In this document: in pieces, positions 58,430 to 64,000 of the stretch
Layout: each line of letters starts with the position of its first letter
Numbering within the stretch: the first letter of the stretch is position 1
Assembly (NCBI GenBank): GCA_963675785.1
Contig: OY776562.1
Span: 1,856,001-1,920,000, forward strand
Direction of reading: 5' to 3'
DNA: 64,000 bases
Origin: Anaerolineae bacterium
GTDB lineage: Bacteria; Chloroflexota; Anaerolineae; UBA1429
Notes under the pieces: generated by a model
Database searches by the model: none
Told to the model about the DNA's origin: nothing
What the model saw: only the letters and a program-made list of their open reading frames with translations
Position numbers and translations under genes: made by a program

Positions 58430-59353
58430 ATGAAGTCCATTCGTATACTCTTACTCGTGTTGCTCGCCCTGCTCCTCGTCCAAGGTTGCGGAAACAGCAC
58501 TGTAACGGGTACGGCCACACCAACCGCCTCCACAGAAGCCTCCGAAACGCTGGCTCCCGAAGATATGCCCACGGCAGCGGCTGTCATCTCTGCTCAGGCC
58601 GATAGCAGTGTGGCCATTGCTACAGTGAATGGCCAGGAGCTTTCCTATGCCGATTTCGAGGTGCGTTTTGCAGCCGAGCAGGCCCTATTCCAGCAACAGC
58701 CCGATTATGACCTCTCTACCACAGCGGGTCAACAGGCTCTGGCGCGATTTCGCTCTGGCTTATTAGACCGCATGATCGACGAAATGCTCATCGAGCAGAT
58801 TGTGGTGGCTATGGAATTGACCATAGACGAAAGCGAGCTGCAGAGCGCCGCCGAGGCTCAGGCTGCACAAACTGGTCAAGAACTCTCCTTTGCCCTACAA
58901 CAGGTCAAGAATGACATGTACGCTGAGATTGTCATGGAAGCCATTACGGCAGATCTCGACCGAGTGCAGCCGCAGGTTCACGTCAAGCAGATTCTGGCAG
59001 CGGATATCGACCAGGCCAACGCAGCATTGGCCGAACTTGAAAGCGGCGCCGCCTGGGATCAAGTAGCTGCCAAGTATTCTATTGATGCTTCTGTTACAGA
59101 AGACGGCGGAGATTTGGGCTTTATCCCGGCCGGCGTTATGCCGCCAGCCTTTGATGATGCCGCTTTTGCTCTGGAACCGGGCGAATATTCCGGGGTTGTA
59201 GAAAGCGAGACGGGGATTCATATCATCCTGCTCGTCGAAGAGTCCGATTCCCTTTCTGTGCCCGATACGTATTGGCAGGCTGTACAGCAACAGACTTTTA
59301 CCGACTGGCTGGCCTCCTATCGCGAGGCTTCAACCATCCTTCTGGCAGAATAA
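58430..59353 (+). CDS. PpiC/parvulin peptidyl-prolyl isomerase lipoprotein (PrsA/SurA-like)
   Basis: Lipobox VQGC, IATVNG, AAKYSID..GGDLGF, FDDAAFAL and VESETGIHII; AAGGAG RBS. Confidence 0.88.
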   Translation: MKSIRILLLVLLALLLVQGCGNSTVTGTATPTASTEASETLAPEDMPTAAAVISAQADSSVAIATVNGQELSYADFEVRFAAEQALFQQQPDYDLSTTAGQQALARFRSGLLDRMIDEMLIEQIVVAMELTIDESELQSAAEAQAAQTGQELSFALQQVKNDMYAEIVMEAITADLDRVQPQVHVKQILAADIDQANAALAELESGAAWDQVAAKYSIDASVTEDGGDLGFIPAGVMPPAFDDAAFALEPGEYSGVVESETGIHIILLVEESDSLSVPDTYWQAVQQQTFTDWLASYREASTILLAE

Positions 59354-59382
59354 CCGCCCTTCAAGCAGTTCAGGGGAGTCTT

Positions 59383-60021
59383 ATGGATATTACCTGGTAT
59401 GGACATTCATGCTTTCGGCTGAGGACACGCGGCTGCGCCGTAATGTGCGATCCTTTTGCCCCTTCACTGGGGTACGAGATTCCGCGCCTGCCAGCAGATA
59501 TCACCACCATCAGCCATGATGACGAAAACCACAATTATGATCGCGCTGTCCGCGGCCATTCGTATACCATCAGCGGTCCCGGTGAATATGAAATCAGCGG
59601 GGTTTTTGTCATCGGCGTGCCCACCTTTCAAGATACCAAACAAGGCGAAGTGCGCGGCAAGAACACCTCCTACGTCATCGAGATGGAAAACATTAATATC
59701 TGCCATTTGGGCAACCTGGGGCACTCCCTAAGCCAAACCCAGCTGGACGATTTGGGCAATGTTGATGTGCTGTTGGTTCCCGTCGGCGGCAAAGATGTGC
59801 TGAGCGGCATACGCGCGGCCGAGGTGGTCAGCCAGCTCGAACCTGGCATCGTCATCCCTATGCATTACAAAGTGCCCGATCTCCAGACAGATGGAGAGAG
59901 TGCAGCCCGCTTTTTGCGCGAAATGGCCGTAGACAAGCCTACGCCAATCGATATATTAACGATCACCAAGAGTCAGATCAGCGAAGACACACGTGTCGTC
60001 CTTTTGGAGCCCAAGAGATAA
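59383..60021 (+). CDS. MBL-fold hydrolase-like protein (degenerate metal motif)
   Basis: [27 protein letters not shown] and IPMHY; SHDDENH instead of HxHxDH. Confidence 0.82.
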   Translation: MDITWYGHSCFRLRTRGCAVMCDPFAPSLGYEIPRLPADITTISHDDENHNYDRAVRGHSYTISGPGEYEISGVFVIGVPTFQDTKQGEVRGKNTSYVIEMENINICHLGNLGHSLSQTQLDDLGNVDVLLVPVGGKDVLSGIRAAEVVSQLEPGIVIPMHYKVPDLQTDGESAARFLREMAVDKPTPIDILTITKSQISEDTRVVLLEPKR

Positions 60022-60578
60022 TGGATACTGAACGAATTGAGAGAGCCGTCCGCGAAATACTCGAAGCGATCGGTGAGGATCCCGACCGCGAGGGGTTGGT
60101 GCGCACACCAGCCCGAGTAGCTGCCATGTATGAACAGATTTTTAGCGGGATGGATATCGACGCCGGAAAATATCTGCGTGTTGGCTTTGATGAAGACCAC
60201 AGCGAAATGGTCATCCTCAAAGATATTCCTTTCTACTCGATGTGCGAGCATCACTTGTTGCCTTTTCACGGCACGGCACACATTGGCTACATCCCCTCAG
60301 GACGCGTAGTTGGCATCAGCAAACTAGCCCGCGTGGTAGAAGCCTATGCCCGCCGCCCCCAGCTACAGGAGCGACTCACCAGTCAGATTGCTGATACAGT
60401 AATGGAGACACTCAAGCCCTATGGCGTGGGTGTGGTGATCGAAGCCGAGCATCTGTGTATGACCATGCGTGGTGTACAAAAGCCGGGTACCGTTGTTGTA
60501 ACCTCGGCAAACCGCGGCAACTTTTTATCTCGACCCGAAACCCGCAAAGAGTTCATGACGCTTATCGGTCGCAACTAG
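60021..60578 (+). CDS. folE: GTP cyclohydrolase I
   Basis: [37 protein letters not shown] and HLCMTMRG. Confidence 0.97.
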   Translation: MDTERIERAVREILEAIGEDPDREGLVRTPARVAAMYEQIFSGMDIDAGKYLRVGFDEDHSEMVILKDIPFYSMCEHHLLPFHGTAHIGYIPSGRVVGISKLARVVEAYARRPQLQERLTSQIADTVMETLKPYGVGVVIEAEHLCMTMRGVQKPGTVVVTSANRGNFLSRPETRKEFMTLIGRN

Positions 60579-60593
60579 GAGCAAAAGAGCTGT

Positions 60594-61238
60594 ATGTCTG
60601 CTAGAACACGTCACCTCATCGTTTTGGTGGTGCTCTCTCTCGTCCTTTCAGCCTGCGCCAGTCAGAGCACGATCGATGTGGATACGGCAATATCTGAAGG
60701 CACACAACTGCTCGAAGAGGGCGATGCCTCTGCTGCACTGAAAGCATTGGCCGGCGTTTCAGATGCTGATGCTACAGCCGAGATATGGTATCTGCGGGGC
60801 AATGCCTATGCCAGTTTGGGTGAAACGGAGAATGCTCGCGATGCATATAAAACAGCGCTCGAGCTAGACGCCTCACTTACAGATGCACAAGCCAACCTCG
60901 GCGTTGTACTCTATGAGCTAAGCGATTTTGAGGGGGCCGAAACCCAGTTTCGTGCAGTAGTAGAAGCACAGCCCAATGATGCCGACCTGCACTATAACCT
61001 GGGCGGCGTGCTCCTTGCCCTGGGCCAACTGGAAGAGGCTGAAGCCGAGCTGAAACTGGCCATCTCTCTCGATGAAACACTTGCCGAGCCCTATTTGGGT
61101 CTGGGCACGCTTTACGAACTGACTGGCGATAACGAAGCGGCCATTGATGCATATATAAAGTTCATCGAACTCTCTGATGACAGCTATTGGATCGAACAGG
61201 CCAACGCTGCTATTACCCGACTAGAGATCGCCCAGTGA
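60594..61238 (+). CDS. TPR lipoprotein
   Basis: Lipobox LSAC; about four TPR units (WYLRGNAY, ANLGVVLY, YNLGGVL, YLGLGTLY). Confidence 0.85.
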   Translation: MSARTRHLIVLVVLSLVLSACASQSTIDVDTAISEGTQLLEEGDASAALKALAGVSDADATAEIWYLRGNAYASLGETENARDAYKTALELDASLTDAQANLGVVLYELSDFEGAETQFRAVVEAQPNDADLHYNLGGVLLALGQLEEAEAELKLAISLDETLAEPYLGLGTLYELTGDNEAAIDAYIKFIELSDDSYWIEQANAAITRLEIAQ

Positions 61239-62500
61239 TGCCAGCAGTCAATCGCGGCAAGGCACGATACAATGCCCGCATCCTCGCCGATACAGGCCGG
61301 GATGTCCGCCAGGATATGGTATTAGCCGGCATCTCGTCGGCTGGCATCGAGATTATGGCCCCCAAGGCGCGCCAATTGGTCATCCAGGTCGAAGCGCTGC
61401 CCATGGCAGCAGCGGCCATCCTCAAGCAAGAGATGCTGGCCAAAGGCGGCGACGCCGCCATCGCCGGATCCATCTATCTGGGAAGCGAGCGTACCACTGA
61501 CGCCATCCTCATGGGGTCACTGCGCACCATACAGCGCATGCTAGATACCCTGGCTATGCAGCCGCTACCCAGCCTGCAGGCACTCTACCACGAATTGAGC
61601 GCACTGCTCGATACCCTGCAACCCTCCAGACCTCCCGCAATGGTAGTACGCGACGCTGTCTTCGTTTGGGGCACGTGCACCTATATCATGGGCATTCTCA
61701 ATGCCACACCCGATTCTTTTTCCGGTGATGGCCTGTTACAAAAGGCAGACCCGGTTCAGACTGCTGTAGCCCAAGCCCGGGCATTTACAGAAAATGGTGC
61801 CGACATTCTCGATATTGGCGGCGAATCCACCCGCCCTGGCGCCCCACAAGTATCACCTCAGGAAGAGCAGGCGCGCGTGGTGCCCATCATCAGGGCCATC
61901 CGCGAACAGCTTGATGTGCCCATCTCCATCGATACCTACAATGCCGAAACTGCGGCCGCAGCCCTAGATGCCGGAGCCGACATCATTAACGACGTGCGTG
62001 CACTGTACGAGCCAGGCATGGTCGAATTGGCTGCTGAACGCGGGGTCCCCGTCATTTTGATGCACAACAGGCTATCCGCCTCAGTACAAGAGACAGAGAC
62101 GCTAGGAAATCGCTACCTCGGCACCCAGTACGGCAATCTCATCGCCGATGTGCTACGCGATTTGCGCACCGCCGTAGAACGCGCAGCACAAGCTGGTGTC
62201 TCGCGCGAACGTATGATCATCGATCCGGGTGTGGGGTTTGGAAAAACCACGGCGCAAAACCTGGCACTGCTAAATGAGCTAAATCAGTTCACAGCCCTGG
62301 GTTTGCCTCTTTTACTGGGTGCGTCCAACAAATCATTCATCGGCTATACGCTGGATGCACCGCAAGGGCAAAGGCTGATGGGCACTGCCGCTGCCAATGC
62401 CGTCGGCATTCTACACGGCGCCGACATCATTCGCGTGCACGATGTTCGCGAAATGGCCCAATTGGCCAAAATGTGCGACGCCATTGCGAGGCGCAGCTAG
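61238..62500 (+). CDS. folP: Dihydropteroate synthase with N-terminal extension
   Basis: MGILNATPDSFSGDG, DIGGESTRPG, ISIDT, IINDV, IIDPGVGFGK, SNKSF and IRVHDV; extra ~140-aa N-domain with ILKQEMLAKGGDAA. Confidence 0.93.
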   Translation: MPAVNRGKARYNARILADTGRDVRQDMVLAGISSAGIEIMAPKARQLVIQVEALPMAAAAILKQEMLAKGGDAAIAGSIYLGSERTTDAILMGSLRTIQRMLDTLAMQPLPSLQALYHELSALLDTLQPSRPPAMVVRDAVFVWGTCTYIMGILNATPDSFSGDGLLQKADPVQTAVAQARAFTENGADILDIGGESTRPGAPQVSPQEEQARVVPIIRAIREQLDVPISIDTYNAETAAAALDAGADIINDVRALYEPGMVELAAERGVPVILMHNRLSASVQETETLGNRYLGTQYGNLIADVLRDLRTAVERAAQAGVSRERMIIDPGVGFGKTTAQNLALLNELNQFTALGLPLLLGASNKSFIGYTLDAPQGQRLMGTAAANAVGILHGADIIRVHDVREMAQLAKMCDAIARRS

Positions 62501-62501
62501 C

Positions 62502-63008
62502 ATGGCTCGGGCTTATCTGGGCGTAGGCACAAATTTGGGTGATCGCGTGGCCAACATCGAACGCGCCTATGCTCTGCTCGACAGGAGCGATTGTGCCGTT
62601 TTGGCCACCTCGCCGCGTTACGAAACAGAGCCCTGGGGCGTTATCGATCAACCCTGCTTTTTAAACGCCGCTTGCCTTATCGAAACGCTTCTCGAACCGC
62701 TCGAACTACTGCGTACGCTCAAGGGAATCGAAAAGGAAATGGGGCGAGAACCCACTATTCGCTTTGGCCCCCGTCCCATCGATCTCGATATCCTTTTGTA
62801 TGACAATCTAGTCATGTGCACACCAGAGCTATCCATTCCCCACAAAGGTATGCTAGAACGCAGCACGGTGCTTGTACCTCTAAACGACATCGCCCCGACA
62901 GTCATACATCCACTGACGGGGCGATCCATTGCGGCACATCTACAGGAATTGGGTGCTATTGGTGGGCTGGCGCCATATCCTCCGGGTTTGTCTCCGCAGG
63001 CGCATTAA
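62502..63008 (+). CDS. folK: 2-amino-4-hydroxy-6-hydroxymethyldihydropteridine diphosphokinase
   Basis: AYLGVGTNLGDR, YETEPWG..QPCFLNA, GPRPIDLDIL and IPH. Confidence 0.95.
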   Translation: MARAYLGVGTNLGDRVANIERAYALLDRSDCAVLATSPRYETEPWGVIDQPCFLNAACLIETLLEPLELLRTLKGIEKEMGREPTIRFGPRPIDLDILLYDNLVMCTPELSIPHKGMLERSTVLVPLNDIAPTVIHPLTGRSIAAHLQELGAIGGLAPYPPGLSPQAH

Positions 63009-64000
63009 ATACATCACCTATGGCCGTATCCGATTGGAGCAGGTCGTTGTAAATGATCCGCGACCGGGACAGCTCTTCTTTGGCACTATCAAACTGACCT
63101 ACTTCATCCAGTAGATCCGAGAGCTCACGATGGGTTTCTGCCGTATTGAGCTGATCGCCCGCCTCTTGATAAATCTGCAGCGCCTCTCTCAGGTAGCGCT
63201 CGGCCACATTCCATTTGCCATCCAAGCGAGCGATGCCTGCGTACACCCGGCTGACATCGGCAATGCCTGGGGAAAAGCCCAAACGCGCAAAACATCGCTG
63301 TGCCTTGCGGCAATTATCACGGGCCTCGTGCATCTGCTTGAGTACCAGATATGTTTCCGCCAAGTGCAGATAGAGTACGCCCTGCTCATGAACATCGGGA
63401 ATCTTGCCCAACGCACTCAACGATTGCTGATAGCAATCAAGGGCCTGGCCATAATCTTGCAGGGTATAGTAAGAAAAACCCAGATTGCTCAATCCCCGGC
63501 TTACATCCAAGGGCTTGTCCAGATGGGCAAAAGTTTCGATAGAGCACTTGTATAGTTCAATAGCTTTTTCTACGTTCCCATGGGCATTATTAATAATGGC
63601 CAGGTTGCCAAGGACGCGTGCCTGAAGTATCTCCAGTTTTTGTTCCTTGGTAACAGCCAGGGCTATCTCTAACCGTGCAAGAGCATTCTGCCAGTCTCCG
63701 CCCTCAAAATCCATGAACCCGAGGCTCATGAGTGCGTCAGCTCGTCCCTTGTGATAACCTGTCTCTTCTGCCTTGTACAAACTCTGCCTGGCCTGGGCCT
63801 GAGCTTCATCCCACTTGCCACTGCGCCCCAGCAGTCGGGCGACTGCCAACATCACATCAGCTTCAGATTCGCCATCCTGTAGGGTTCGGCTAAGAGCAAG
63901 AGCTCGCTCATAGGTTTCAAGTGCACGATCCAGCTTGCCGAGGATGACATACAAACCACCCAGACGCTCAGCAAGATCGCGTTCTGTGCATGGATCGTTT
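62956..64000 (-). CDS. Tetratricopeptide-repeat protein (5'-truncated by the window edge)
   Basis: Multiple MalT-like TPR units; the reading frame appears open to the window end. Confidence 0.8.
   Translation of the reverse strand, partial: NDPCTERDLAERLGGLYVILGKLDRALETYERALALSRTLQDGESEADVMLAVARLLGRSGKWDEAQAQARQSLYKAEETGYHKGRADALMSLGFMDFEGGDWQNALARLEIALAVTKEQKLEILQARVLGNLAIINNAHGNVEKAIELYKCSIETFAHLDKPLDVSRGLSNLGFSYYTLQDYGQALDCYQQSLSALGKIPDVHEQGVLYLHLAETYLVLKQMHEARDNCRKAQRCFARLGFSPGIADVSRVYAGIARLDGKWNVAERYLREALQIYQEAGDQLNTAETHRELSDLLDEVGQFDSAKEELSRSRIIYNDLLQSDTAIGDVFNAPAETNPEDMAPAHQ

Overview
This is a gene-dense bacterial chromosomal window, roughly 50-60% GC by eye. Pro/Thr-rich lipoprotein linkers and the gene repertoire suggest an anaerobic Chloroflexota (Anaerolineae-like) genome, which is an inference. 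It holds about 50 CDS. Housekeeping genes include mltG, degV, glyA, an rsmC-like methyltransferase, hppA, folE-folP-folK, etfBA and a ferredoxin. There are two sugar/sulfated-glycan catabolic islands, an McrBC-like (DUF2357 nuclease + McrB GTPase) defence pair, and a type IV pilus cluster (pilN-pilO-LysM-pilM-pilD-pilT, then pilA). I recognised no rRNA, tRNA, CRISPR array or transposase. Four observations stand out. (1) PilN has its fold split by a ~800-aa insertion of six tandem acidic PPC-like beta-sandwich repeats. (2) McrB carries a tandemly duplicated, AT-rich, 166-aa N-terminal domain I do not recognise, plus a ~125-aa insertion inside its AAA+ domain. (3) A single-chain DppB-DppC permease is fused to an apparently inactivated M28 peptidase domain. 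(4) A promoter-hairpin-terminator leader in front of glyA looks like an attenuator or riboswitch but matches no class I recognise. All family assignments come from motif recognition by eye; no database searches were run.
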